From: Macrostomum lignano | Taxonomy: Eukaryota | Assembly: GCA_002269645.1 (NCBI GenBank) | Contig: NIVC01001905.1 | Span: 62,001-126,000 of the forward strand | Direction of reading: 5' to 3' | Length of the DNA stretch: 64,000 nucleotides | Shown here: positions 1 to 36,060 of the stretch, piece by piece | Layout of the letters: every line of letters begins with the position of its first letter | How positions within the stretch are numbered: position 1 is the first letter of the stretch | Notes under the pieces: model-generated | Databases searched by the model: none | Told to the model about the DNA's origin: nothing | The model's input: the letters and a program-made list of their open reading frames with translations, nothing else | Program-made: the position numbers and the translations under genes

Positions 1-113
1 TACCCCACTGAGCAGTGGGCCAATCGTACTGAAAGCAATGTGTTATACGTAATAAATTCATTTAGTTTTTTACAATTGACAAAATATGAACAAAAATTAA
101 CAATTATTCATTA

Positions 114-636
114 ATTTAAGCCCACCATTGAAGTGAAAAATAATTGCCACATGTCCCTATAGATAAAGATAAAATTTCGTCAATGATAAGGTTCACGTTG
201 GCAGGAATGCTGTTGCACTGCAATGGAGTTTGAACGTCAGCGATCGAGGCAATTTGATCTTGAGCCAGAAACTCGGTGGCCGCATTTTACAATCGCTCTT
301 GCTCGTTCTGGTGCCTCTGCTCCGCTGTGGCATTCTCTGTTCGCGATCGCACTGCTACTGGTTGCAGTCTTTCAGGTAGTTGGTTGAACTGTGTCGGAAC
401 AGCATCTTTTTTCAGCCTCCGCTTGCTCAGAGTCTCGCTGCTCATCTTGCGCTTTAGCCGAGGATTCGATTCTTGAGAAACAGTCACAAAGTCGCTGTAA
501 AAAAAGTGCAGGGAACATAACCGTGACTCTTCAGTAGGACAATGTCTTCTCTTCGAATCCGTCGCAGCCATTCTTGCAAAAGAGTTTCCCTGTGCAAAGG
601 AAATTCGTGGAATAAAATTTTCGCAGTGGGCTCGGT
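114..636 (-). pseudogene. THAP zinc-finger domain gene/transposon remnant (P-element/THAP9-like N-terminus), disrupted
   Basis: Minus-strand translation gives TAKILFHEFPLHRETLLQEWLRRIRRED. A 1-nt frameshift near 537 (GG where GGG would restore D-I-V-P-T) leads into PTEESRLCSLHFFYSDF...KRRLKKDAVPTQF, i.e. the THAP FHxFP, W, CSxHF and AVPT motifs. There is an in-frame stop at 287-289. The N-terminal CxxxC is missing and the 12-bp array sits in its place. The left boundary is approximate. Confidence 0.75.
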
Positions 637-2432
637 AGAAGTCTCGGTAGAAGTCTCGGTAGAAGTCTCGGTAGAAGTCTCGGTAGAAGTCTCGGTAGTA
701 GAAGTCTCGGTAGAAGTCTCGGTAGAAGTCTCGGTAGAAGTCTCGGTAGTAGAAGTCTCGGTAGAAGTCTCGGCAGAAGTCTCGGCAGAAGTCTCGGTAG
801 AAGTCTCGGTAGAAGTCTCGGTAGAAGTCTCGGTAGTAGAAGTCTCGGTAGAAGTTTCGTTAGAAGTCTCGGTAGAAGTCTCGGTAGAAGTTTCGTTAGA
901 AGTCTCGTTAGAAGTCTCGTTAGAAATCTCGGTAGAAGTCTTGGCAGAAGTCTCGGTAGAAGTCTCGGTAGAAGTCTCGGTAGAAGTCTCGGTAGAAGTC
1001 TCGGTAGAAGTCTCGGTAGAAGTCTCGGTAGAAGTCTCGGTAGAAGTCTCGGTAGAAGTCTCGGTAGAAGTCTCGGTAGAAGTCTTGGTAGAAGTCTCGG
1101 TAGAAGTCTCGGTAGAGAATTTTCGTTAGAAGTCTCGTTAGAAGTCTTGGCAGAAGTCTCGGTAGAAGTCTCGGTAGAAGTCTCGGTAGAAGTCTTGGTA
1201 GAAGTCTCGGTAGAAGTCTCGGTAGAAGTTTCGGTAGAAGTCTTGGTAGAAGTCTCGGTAGAAGTCTCGGTAGAAGTCTCGGTAGAAGTCTCGGTAGAAG
1301 TCTTGGCAGAAGTCTCGGTAGAAGTCTCGGTAGAAGTCTCGGTAGAAGTCTTGGTAGAAGTCTCGGTAGAAGTCTCGGTAGAAGTCTTGGTAGAAGTCTT
1401 GGTAGAAGTCTCGGTAGAGAATTTTCGTTAGAAGTCTCGTTAGAAGTCTTGGCAGAAGTCTCGGTAGAAGTCTCGGTAGAAGTCTCGGTAGAAGTCTTGG
1501 TAGAAGTCTCGGTAGAAGTCTCGGTAGAAGTTTCGGTAGAAGTCTTGGTAGAAGTCTCGGTAGAAGTCTCGGTAGAAGTCTCGGTAGAAGTCTCGGTAGA
1601 AGTCTTGGCAGAAGTCTCGGTAGAAGTCTCGGTAGAAGTCTCGTTAGAAGTCTCGGTAGAAGTCTTGGTAGAAGTCTCGGTAGAAGTTTCGGTAGAAGTC
1701 TCGGTAGAAGTCTCGGTAGAAGTCTCGGTAGAAGTTTCGGTAGAAGTCTCGGTAGAAGTCTCGGTAGAAGTCTCGGCAGAAGTCTTGGTAGAAGTTTCAG
1801 TAGAAGTCTGGGTAGAAGTCTCGGTAGTAGAAGTCTCGGTAGAAGTCTCGGTAGTAGAAGTCTTGGTAGAAGTCTCGGTAGAAGTCTCGGTAGAAGTTTC
1901 GTTAGAAGTCTCGGTAGAAGTCTTGGTAGAAGTCTCGGTAGTAGAAGTCTCGGTAGAAGTCTTGGTAGAAGTCTCGGTAGAAGTTTCGTTAGAAGTCTCG
2001 GTAGAAGTCTCGGTAGAAGTTTCGTTAGAAGTCTCGTTAGAAGTCTCGTTAGAAGTCTCGGTAGAAGTCTTGGTAGAAGTCTCGGTAGTAGAAGTCTCGG
2101 TAGAAGTCTCGGTAGAAGTCTCGGTAGAAGTCTTGGTAGAAGTCTCGGTAGAAGTCTAGGTAGAAGTCTCGGTAGAAGTCTCGGTAGAAGTTTCGTTAGA
2201 AGTCTCGGTAGAAGTCTCGGTAGAAGTCTCGGTAGAAGTCTTGGTAGAAGTCTCGGTAGAAGTCTCGGTAGAAGTTTCGGTAGAAGTCTTGGTAGAAGTC
2301 TCGGTAGAAGTCTCGGTAGAAGTCTCGGTAGAAGTCTTGGTAGAAGTCTCGGTAGAAGTCTCGTTAGAAGTCTCGGTAGAAGTCTTGGTAGAAGTCTCGG
2401 TAGAAGTTTCGGTAGAAGTCTCGGTAGAAGTC
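631..2432. repeat. 12-bp minisatellite (GGTAGAAGTCTC)n, ~150 units
   Basis: Direct reading. Variants include TTGG, TCGTTAG and GTAGTAG. Source of the VEVS/TETS ORFs. Confidence 0.98.
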
Positions 2433-2599
2433 CCCCCGAAGCCCCCCCCCGAAAAAAGATGTGGGAAGAAGGATATGCATATAGATGAACATGGCAGTAG
2501 TGGGGGGAAGTGAGTCAAGTGACAATTTTAATGAGCGGTTCTTAGCCAACAAAGACAGCCCCAACCCTTTAGAAGTTGTAACAAAAGAATGGCTCATTT

Positions 2600-2790
2600 C
2601 GTGCCTAAAGCACTCGGCCCGGTTGTGTACGCTTTTTAGCCACCACAAAAAAGGCTTCACTTCCAGATACGAGTAGATATCTAGAATTCTATGGAACAGC
2701 CGTACGCAGCCTTCAGATGCGCCGCGCAATAGCTGCTGCGGCGAGCTGTCGGTTGCACACCTGACCCAATAAAAATAGTGGTATATGGGC
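2600..2790 (+). mobile_element. Retroposon 3'-end fragment sharing its tail with the SINE at 14531-14840 (candidate partner-LINE end or second SINE copy)
   Basis: 2694-2730 (GAACAGCCGTACGCAGCCTTCAGATGCGCCGCGCAAT) is identical to the reverse complement of 14600-14636. Similarity continues to ~2769. Confidence 0.6.
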
Positions 2791-3594
2791 AATAAAGCGT
2801 ATAGCATCAGAATGTTTCAGAAGTAAAAACTTGGCACAAAGTCTTAGATTTACTCCTTTTTGGGCAATATACCCTAAGTCGCCTAGCAGCACTAATTAAG
2901 CCTTTTGATTAATATAGAATAAATACATGTATTTACTCGAAGACTAAAGCACTAACAGTTTTGGGTGACAGCATAAGCTTCATATTAATATTTGACAATA
3001 ACACATGACCTAGCTGTCAAGCGGAGTGCGAAGCATAATGGTCTTAACACAAATTATTTTAAAGGGCAAACTACCTGGCTTATATAGCTGCCAGCCAGAT
3101 CCCAAACAGAATACATGTAGCAATACCTTTAGTGTAGATCAGCGAAACCTTCTGAAGCAGCTTAGCGCAGTATAACTTCTTTATCGCTTCTTAATATTCA
3201 AGCAGTTGTTCTTATTCCTTTCTTTACCGCAGAAAGTCTTCCTTTAGCTTTTGTCTTTGAGAGCTTGTAGCTAGAATTAGCTAGGATAAGCTGCAATAGG
3301 AAAGCCTGAGGCGTGAAGACAAAAGCAATTGGGGCGCGATGCACGTAAGTCGCTGCTGCCGTCAGCTATTGGGTGTATTTGAAAGAACCTTAATTTAGGT
3401 TTAGCTAGATGTGTACTATCTAATTCTCTTCCCTTCAGTACCCTTGCTCAGAAACCAATAAGCCTTGGTAATAATTGTAGACGGTGCGCGCATCCTGCAT
3501 TGCTTTCCAGCTGGGGTTTGATGCGTGACAAAATGCAAGAAATTAGCCCCTTTGCCGGTTTCTCCCACCAGGAAGTAAAACTATAATTTCCATG

Positions 3595-4833
3595 GTTAAT
3601 TTTTCAAAATTTACATGTAACCTGTTGGAGCTGTCAACTCCGCTCGGATTTGCCGGGTGAAGGCCTCCACTGCAGCTTTGGTGATCCATAGCGGATTCCA
3701 CGCATCCTGCGCTTGATTTGTGGAAACAAAAAAGTCGCAGGGGGGCCAGGTCGGGGCTGTAGGGTGGATGACCGAGCTCTTGAATGCGCTCTCCGGCCAG
3801 GAACTCCGCCACCTGTCGAGCTTTGTGGGCCGGGGCGTTGTTGTGATGGAGAAGGATGCCCCAAGCTCGAGTCCTTGGGCGACGCCTGGAGAGACCACTC
3901 ATCACTTCTGGCAGGCAAACGTTGGCGTACCATGCAGTTACCGGTGACTGTGCGCTGCTGCACGAGTGGAACCGTGGCCAGATGACCGGTTTTTGCCGCA
4001 AAAACGACCACCATCTGCTTCGCCACGCTGCTTGCGCTCTCGCCGAAGCTTGGACGATGGGGTGCCGCAGTTTTAGTTGTCCCTGGGTGCCGCCAACTGG
4101 AGTCCACTGGGCCGACTGCTGCTTAGTCTCCGGGTTGAAACTATAGATCCAGGACTCGTCACCACTGACGATATCCCAGACCGAGTTTGAGCTGCCTTCC
4201 GTTGAATCTGTCGAGCATGGTGTGACACCAGGTCACCCGAGCCTCCTTCTGCTCCGGAGCCAGCTGATGAAGCACTGATGAGGCACATGAGCTGTGCAGA
4301 AATCTTGCTCAGGTTGAGCTGTGAATGCAGGATCGTCCTGATGGATTCTGATGAGATGCCCAACTCTGCCTCTATCTGGACCACAGTCACTGTGGCCTCA
4401 ACCATGGCCCGGACAGCAGCAACATTATACTTGGTCGTTGCGGAGACAGGCCGGCTGCTGCGCTCCTCATCATTCAGACTCTGCCTGCCGCATCGAAATT
4501 AGGCAAACCAGTCAAAAACGGTCGATCTAGAAGGTGCTTCATCCCCAAAAGCTCCTCGCAATCGCTCAAGACTTTCTTGCTGCCGCAAACCACTTTTAAA
4601 ATCGTAATAAATCATTGCTCTAAAATGACTCCTATTGAGCTCCATTGTGAATTTGATAGATAGGCCGGTGGGTATGCTAGCTTGGTTTGGGTGCTGCATT
4701 GGCTATATATGATTAGTGCGTCTGAAACTTTACAAACATTGTACTTATATAATGTACTTGACACCTATGGTGTCAGATTTTGTCAGCCGCCTCTCAACTA
4801 TGCACATTCGGAAACTTATTGCTCAGCCCTGTA
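3595..4833 (-). mobile_element. Tc1/mariner (DD34D mariner) transposon, defective, 3' TIR not found
   Basis: ATG at 4645: MELNRSHFRAMIYYDFKSG...FGDEAPSRSTVFDWF (HTH), then IVSGDESW, LLHHNNAPAH, HPPYSPDLAP(C)DF and a terminal FEKL. Stop at 4499-4501 plus several frameshifts. A TA-flanked mariner-like 5' TIR, TACAGGGCTGAGCAATAAGTTTCCGAATG, is the reverse complement of 4805-4833. Confidence 0.92.
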
Positions 4834-6565
4834 CATGTACGAGCACCTGACTCATCAGCCCTGATCTGTAAAGCCTTGCTGCGAGCGGCAACATTGACTT
4901 AAGTGAGCTTGCCGCGGTTTGCACTTCATGCACCCAGCTAGCTTGCCTTGGCGTCGGGATCGTGCCTCCGGCCGTATCGCTGACAGGCTGGCCTGCGGCT
5001 TTGGTTGCTGTGGACTGTTGTTTATTGCTGACCAGAGCGCGGCGGTGGCCTCGGGGTCCAGCATCATGCACATTTGACCGATGAGCTATGAAAAAATTGT
5101 CCTAAAATGATTTATTGAGCGATTAACATTTTGCCTATGGGATAGACGCGTCGCAGGCATATTACGCACGACACATTACTTTTATATTTCATTTGACGGA
5201 GCTTTGCAAAATGAAAAATTCTCTCGAATAAGATAAGAACGAACCGAACATTGAAATTTAGCGATTTTCGCAAAGAAGATGAAGAGAATTAGTTGCTAGA
5301 TATTTCTTATCTTCTTTGCCCCTACCTAAACAAGCCAATCAATGCACCAAATAGTGTCGTGATAAACGACAAGAATAAGCTTGACAATACAACGGCAACA
5401 ATTTAACTTCGTGACGATTTTCCATTTATTTCTCAGAGCGCTAACTTTGCAACACGAGTTTCTGTTTTGGAACTGCACGAGAGTACAGATACCTTAATTT
5501 AAACATAAACAAATTGTGTCGCTCTGTGTATCACCTAAATATATTAGGTTGGTAACACAAATTTCATTTTTTGTGTTTATAATTCGATCGTAGATGTATA
5601 TTTAAGTATATGGGATAACTATAACTTAAAATATAATATGTATGTACAGGCTTGCAGTTGCACATCAGCAGTTTTACTGATACAGATACTGTTGATATAA
5701 TAATTTAAATACACTTAATTTAGTTTTTTAAACATAATTTTGTTTAGGTAACTTTTTTAAAACCTAAAAATAATTGAACTCTTTGCTTTCTTGGTTTATG
5801 CATTTTCCTTATGCTAATCTCAGCTGTCATTTTTACCTGTGGGCCTATTTCTTAGTCAGGTTTATTCTGAGTCAGAAAATGCAATTCACAATAAACAAAC
5901 AAAATAATCTTCTATTCTTACTTTTCTTTTTCCATAAAGCTTTGAATGAATAATATTTTTATTTATCTTTCCATTAAAAGGGCTACTGAATAAAGAGTAA
6001 GTTAAACTTAAACTTCATTAGATTTTTTAGATTAAAATGTAATGCATCTACTCTAACTGGAAAGATAAAAGTAACACCAGATTTACTGTAAATCTGATGC
6101 TGAAATCTTTGTGTATTCTCTATAGCTAAAGCACAGTAAAGCACTTTTGCCTCTTTTGGCACTATTGTCCATCATTTTTATTCAGATTGATTCGACTTGG
6201 GTTGTTTGAAAAAGTTATAAAAACAGAAATTTTTTTTCAAAAACCATTGTCTTTTTGAAAACTATTAGTGACTATCCGTGGGGTATTCTAACTTAAGTTG
6301 GATTAATACACCTATTGATACACCTATTTGTGTTAATTTCTGTTGTGCAAAAATACACACAATTTTAGCAAGCATTTATTACATGTCTTGACTTGAAGTT
6401 GATGAACTATCCTGCACATTACTCAGAGAATTCCAATATTGCACTTGTTAATTGCAATTTTCTAAAAATTAGCTTAGCCAAAGCTCTGCTCTATATTCCA
6501 TATTATAATTTGATTTAATAAAAAATAAAACAATTTTCTACATTGCAGTGGAGCACCTCGTCACA

Positions 6566-26339
<19,774 letters not shown>

Positions 26340-28597
26340 ACCTGACCTAATCGTGTATGACTTATTTATTTAACATAAATCACAAAGTATGCATTGTTAG
26401 ATGAGAAATTTCTGATAAAAATTCTACACTTTTCTGTCGCTTGACTAGCTAATTAAAAGTTTTTATTATTCGTTTTACCCGTCATACGATTATTCGTCAT
26501 GCGATTGTTTTTTGTGAAAAAAGTACCGTCAGCTGGTAATACATGTATTTATTTATTTTGTTTTAATGATACAACATGAACGTGCTCAGAAAACACGATA
26601 ATTAGCTCTATAGCAGCGATACAATAGTTTGACCTGTGGGTGTGAATACAGTAATATTCAATATATATACTACGAGGTAGCTGGGCTGAAAAAAGACCAG
26701 AAAAATCGATATGTACATTCCCTTCACTCAACCTCACACGCTCAACAGCACAGCTAGATAACTAAAGAGGGGGTGGGGGTTTAAAATGGCCGGCTAGAAA
26801 ATCAATAAGCCTCTACCAACCCTTATGGCTTATGCTGTAGCTAATGTACTTACTTATAACTAATGTACATACACAGTATAGCAGCAAATAGTAGTAATTT
26901 AGCGGGGATAGAAAAACAGGGCTGGGGCACCCGTGGTTATATAATAATGGATGGATAGCCTGCTACGCAATTGGGGTAAGAGAAAAAAAGATAGCATTGA
27001 ACAAAATCAGCCCCTATACTATCAATGTGCTCGCATATTTACATTCATCGATCTTTCCAAAAACTAGGAAAATCCCTTTTCCAACGTTTCCGACACCTCC
27101 GGCGCGTTGTAAAACAATTAAGATAACTTGTGTTTGATTATAGATACATATGAAAAACACAACTGCACCACAATTTTTCTTTAAAGCAGCCATCTTCACT
27201 GTCGCCATTTCCAGTGCAATATAAGAAAATCGGCGTTTTTTTGCTGTTTTAAGCCACTTTTTCTATTAAATATATTACATATTTATTACACTGTAACTAA
27301 CTGGAGTTACTGGACTAAATGTTTTAAATTTATAGCTAATTTAATAACATTCCTAATTGCAAAGCTGTGCTGTGCTTAAAAAACTTTTTACAGGCATAAC
27401 ATTGTCGTGAACATGTAAATTAATAATGCAAATTTAAAATCCAAATTTTTTTCACAACTTTTTCTGCTTTTTATCTCGAAAAAAACGCTTTGATTTTTTG
27501 TTTATTTTTAAAAATAAACCTAGCAGCATCCCGCTAGGCCGCTATTGCTAATATAATCAAAATGTTTTATTTTCAATTTTAATTTTAAATCTAGTAATAT
27601 TAAGTACTTAACGTGCGAATCTACATTAATTATTATTATTATTTATATTTAAAAAAAATTCCATAAGCCATTTAAGGCTATTCCTATTCCCGCCTAAACA
27701 TTTTTCTCCTAACTCTTGGCACTTAGATATTAGTACTGTAACAAATCCTGATTCGAGTATTTTTAGCTTTGTTTCTGTTCCAATAAATACACACAGAGCG
27801 AGAATTTTCTGAGAGTGCAAAATCGGCTCAGATTCGCCAACGGACAATGCTGAATGATCGGATTTTTCAAAATTATTTGTTTTCATTGTCCATATGAAAA
27901 ACGTGCCGATCTAAACTCAATGCAGCCACTCATATATCCGGCCCTCGGGTCCTCTGTGTCATAGTATACCCATCATACTACTTCTATTAAGTAGTTTAAG
28001 AGTGGGATAAAAAATCAATAAAACTGTAAAACATCGATCGATCATTTTTAATCACGCGTAGCCAACTTGAATAGTTAAGTGTCTATTGTATTGTTATTAT
28101 TATTTATTCTCGCCCAAGTTAAGCACACAAATGATAAATAATGAGGATAATAAACAACATAGGGAAACACAACGCTTGACAAAAAGACACGCAAATAAAA
28201 TTGAGAATTGGGAGTTAACGCAAAAAATAACATACAGGATAACTAATAATTAAATAAGCAGTCATTATGTGCTTGGGGAAGTAGTGTGGTATGCTATTAA
28301 GAGAAACATATCAATCAATCAAAATTAATTACACTGCTTCAAAACTAAGATCAGGGGCTACGAAACTACCTAAAAAAGACAAGGAAAAATAATAAAATAA
28401 AAAACAGAGAACAAGCAACACCAGAAACACAAGAATATTACTTAGAGACAGAAGGTTGGGCGAAAAAGATAAAACAATTTTTTATGGCAATTATTATAAC
28501 AAAACCGGAATACGATACTGGGGTGTGAGTTAACAGACTGTCTGTTCATGCTTTAAGCTATTAATTGGCAGTTAAAGACAGGGGCGATGGCGGAAGA

Positions 28598-29128
28598 GGC
28601 CCAGCAGCTGAGGATCTGGGAGGCTGGCCCAGCAACTGAGGATCTGGGAGGCTGGCCTAGCATGAGGATCTGGGAGGCTGGCCCAGCAGCTGAGGATCTG
28701 GGAGTCTGGCCCAGCAACTGAGGATCTGGGAGGCTGGCCTAGCATGAGGATCTGGGAGGCTGGCCCAGCAACTGGGGATCTAGGAGGCTGGCCCAGCAAC
28801 TGAGGATCTGGAAGGCTGGCCCAGCAACTGAGGATCTGGGAGGCTGGCCCAGCAACTGAGGATCTGGGAGGCTGGCCCAGCAACTGAGGATCTGGAAGGC
28901 TGGCCCAGCAACTGAGGATCTGGGAGGCTGGCCCAGCAACTGAGGATCTGGGAGGCTGGCCCAGCAACTGAGGATTTGGGAGGCTGGCCCAGCAACTGAG
29001 GATCTGGGAGGCTGGCCCAGCAACTGAGGATCTGGGAGGCTGGCCCAGCAACTGAGGATTTGGGAGGCTGGCCCAGCAACTGAGGATCTGGGAGGCTGGC
29101 CCAGCAACTGGGGATCTGGGAGGCTGGC
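28598..29128. repeat. 28-bp minisatellite (GGCCCAGCAACTGAGGATCTGGGAGGCT), copy 1
   Basis: Direct reading; the same unit occurs at 39572-39940. Confidence 0.96.
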
Positions 29129-29429
29129 CCAGCAATTCAGTATCTAAGCTGAAATTTTTTAGCATAAATATATTTCCGGAGTGCTAAACACACAAGAAAT
29201 TCGCTGATAACAGTGGCCCAGCATTACACAGATAGACAGATGATGCACAACAATGTAAATCCCAAAATCGATTAATTTTAATGCAAACTTACAGAGCCAA
29301 AGTGGAAACTTCGCAAGAGTGCTAAGCATAGATTGGTTTTGTGTTTCCTATTAGCCCATGCGTTACAACAGCGGACAGACGGTGCAGAGTTAAACACACA
29401 AGCACAGAATTCAGTCCTCTGCTCTCCGC

Positions 29430-32901
<3,472 letters not shown>

Positions 32902-32964
32902 TGCTTGGCATGCATGGGTTGGAGATGTTAGTGGCATCGGGCGGCTTGGTCTGTAGCCTAATTA

Positions 32965-34615
32965 TTTGAGTAGGTAGCCAAATGACTTGAGTGGGTAGCT
33001 TAATGACTTGAGTGAGTAGCTTAATGACCTGAGTAGGTAGCCAAATGACTTGAGTGGGTAGCCAAATGACTTGAGTGAGTAGCCTAATGACCTGAGTGGG
33101 TAGCTTAATGACTTGAGTGAGTAGCTTAATGACCCGAGTTGGTAGCCTAATGACCTGAGTGGGTAGCTTAATGACCTGAGTGGGTAGCTTAATGACCCGA
33201 GTTGGTAGCCTAATGACCTGAGTGGGTAGCCTAATGACTTGAGTGGGTAGCTTAATGACTTGAGTGAGTAGCTTAATGACCCGAGTTGGTAGCCTAATGA
33301 CCTGAGTGGGTAGCTTAATGACCTGAGTGGGTAGCTTAATGACCCGAGTTGGTAGCCTAATGACCTGAGTAGGTAGCCAAATGACTTGAGTGAGTAGCCT
33401 AATGACCTGAGTGGGTAGCTTAATGACTTGAGTGAGTAGCTTAATGACCCGAGTTGGTAGCCTAATGACCTGAGTGGGTAGCTTAATGACCTGAGTGGGT
33501 AGCTTAATGACCCGAGTTGGTAGCCTAATGACCTGAGTGGGTAGCCTAATGACTTGAGTGGGTAGCCTAATGACCTGAGTGGGTAGCTTAATGACTTGAG
33601 TGAGTAGCTTAATGACTTGAGTAGGTAGCCTAATGACTTGAGTGGGTAGCTTAATGACTTGAGTGAGTAGCCTAATGATTTGAGTGATTAGCTTAATGAC
33701 CTGAGTGGGTAGCTTAATGACCCGAGTTGGTAGCCTAATGACCTGAGTGGGTAGCCTAATGACCTGAGTTGGTAGCCTAATGACCTGAGTTGGTAGCCTA
33801 ATGACCTGAGTGGGTAGCTTAATGACCCGAGTTGGTAGCCTAATGACCTGAGTGGGTAGCTTAATGACCCGAGTTGGTAGCCTAATGACCTGAGTGGGTA
33901 GCTTAATGACCCGAGTTGGTAGCCTAATGACCTGAGTGGGTAGCCTAATGACCTGAGTTGGTAGCCTAATGACCTGAGTTGGTAGCCTAATGACCTGAGT
34001 GGGTAGCTTAATGACCCGAGTTGGTAGCCTAATGACCTGAGTGGGTAGCTTAATGACCCGAGTTGGTAGCCTAATGACCTGAGTGGGTAGCTTAATGACC
34101 CGAGTTGGTAGCCTAATGACCTGAGTAGGTAGCTTAATGACCCGAGTTGGTAGCCTAATGACCTGAGTGGGTAGCTTAATGACCCGAGTTGGTAGCCTAA
34201 TGACCTGAGTGAGTAGCCTAATGACCCGAGTTGGTAGCCTAATGACCTGAGTGGGTAGCTTAATGACCCGAGTTGGTAGCCTAATGACCTGAGTGGGTAG
34301 CTTAATGACCCGAGTTGGTAGCCTAATGACCTGAGTGGGTAGCTTAATGACTTGAGTGATTAGCTTAATAACCTGAGTAGGTAGCTTAATGACCTGAGTA
34401 GTTAGCCTAGTGACTTGAGTGGGTAGCCTAATGACCTGATTAGGTAGCCTAATGACCTGAGTGGGTATCTTAATGACCCGAGTTGGTAGCCTAATGACCT
34501 GAGTGGGTAGCTTAATGACCCGAGTTGGTAGCCTAATGACCTGAGTGGGTAGCTTAATGACCCGAGTTGGTAGCCAAATGACTTGAGTGGGTAGATTAAT
34601 GACCCGAGTGGAATG
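32965..34615. repeat. 21-bp minisatellite (GTAGCCTAATGACCTGAGTGG), ~78 units
   Basis: Direct reading. Confidence 0.97.
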
Positions 34616-35469
34616 ACCTCAGAGACTTTATGAGTAGCCTTATTGACCTAGATATCAATAGATAGTGAAAATCAAACTAAAGAAATAAAATCAAACAAAC
34701 CTGAAAGTTACCATTCGAGATCATATTAACCATATAATTAAAACGCAACAAGCAAAAAACAAGAACAGCAAAGAAGAAAAACGAAGGAGAAAAGGCAAAA
34801 TTAAGGTTGCAGTTTTTTACGTTTGTGAACAATTTATATGCACAAACTCGTACTATAGAGTGATAGGTAGCAACTGTTATTTTCGAAAACAACAAATTAG
34901 GTAATCCTTTAAGAAAAACAGGCGTCATGTTCGGAGCATGCTACTATCGTGCAAAAAGTAGTAGTGCAATAGGCGCATGCAAGGCACACATAAATTAGTC
35001 GGCGAAATGCATCTATATATAAGCATTCTATTAAAATATTAGCTAATTTTTTGTTTCATACTTTGGTTTCATTAAAAAGCAAAACAAATTAATGGCAAGG
35101 AGATTAGTTTAGTAAGTTGATAAAAATTATGATACTCTTTGTAGCAAAAAACACTTTACTGGGTTAATTAAGTAACATCACGCGAAAAAACCGTTTAATC
35201 TGGGCGGCTAGGTACAAAATCAATACTGGACAGGAGCACTTTAGTTGTGGAAACGATGGGGTATTGTGCAACAGTGCCGTTATTCATTTCACAAAAATTC
35301 ACTTGTACTCATAGGATGTCTGAGAATCAGAGATTACCATTCAAACTACTGCCAGTTGTCGGTATGCCGATATGTATCGTAGCTTACGTAAGATGCATGC
35401 AAAATATGCTTAGTACAGAGATAGTGCTAAGCATGCCAAAATAGAGGGGAGTAGACAAATGTTGAAGCA

Positions 35470-36060
35470 GAGAAAGGGGAAAGTAAGGAATTGAGCAGAG
35501 GGGAGGGGGAGAGGGCAGAGAGAAGAGTGAGAAGGGAGAATGGAGAAGTAAGAGAGGGAGGGGAGAAGGGAGAGGGGAGAGGGAGATAGGTAAAGGGAGA
35601 GGGGAGAGGCTGAAGGGAGACAGGTAAAGGGAGAGGGGAGAGGGTGAAGGGAGATAGGTAAAGGGAGAGGGGAGAGGGTGAAGGGAGATAGGTAAAGGGA
35701 GAGGGGAGAGGGTGAAGGGAGATAGGTAAAGGGAGAGGGGAGAGGGTGAAAGGAGATAGGTAAAGGGAGAGGGGAGAGGGTGAAGGGAGATAGGTAAAGG
35801 GAGAAGAGGGGAGAGGGTGAAGGGAGATAGGTAAAGGGAGAGGGGAGAGGGTGAAGGGAGATAGGTAAAGGGAGAGGGGAGAGGGTGAAGGGAGATAGGT
35901 AAAGGGAGAAGAGGGGAGAGGGTGAAGGGAGATAGGTAAAGGGAGAGGGTGAAGGGAGATAGGTAAAGGGAGAGGGTGAAGGGAGATAGGTAAAGGGAGA
36001 GGGGAGAGGGTAAGGGAGAGGATACGGGAGAAAATGCAGGGAAAGACAGGGGAAAGGGAT
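35470..36060. repeat. Polypurine ~34-bp minisatellite (GGGAGAGGGGAGAGGGTGAAGGGAGATAGGTAAA)
   Basis: Direct reading. Confidence 0.92.

Noticed and set aside
2485-2676. BRCT-like VVTKEWLISCL motif in a small ORF
   Set aside because: Only a short motif, with no rest of the domain and no splice context. The region adjoins a retroposon tail.
4275-4305. CTGATGA-GGCAC...GTGCA-GAAA hammerhead look-alike
   Set aside because: It is antisense to mariner coding sequence (the KISA..VPHQL region) and lacks the essential G10.1-C11.1 pair; coincidental.
26780-27215. YY1-like motifs (AAATGGCG, AAGATGGC) and a 64-aa minus-strand ORF between villin and the SR gene
   Set aside because: Short motifs are expected by chance and the ORF has no recognisable homology. 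It may be UTR or intergenic sequence.
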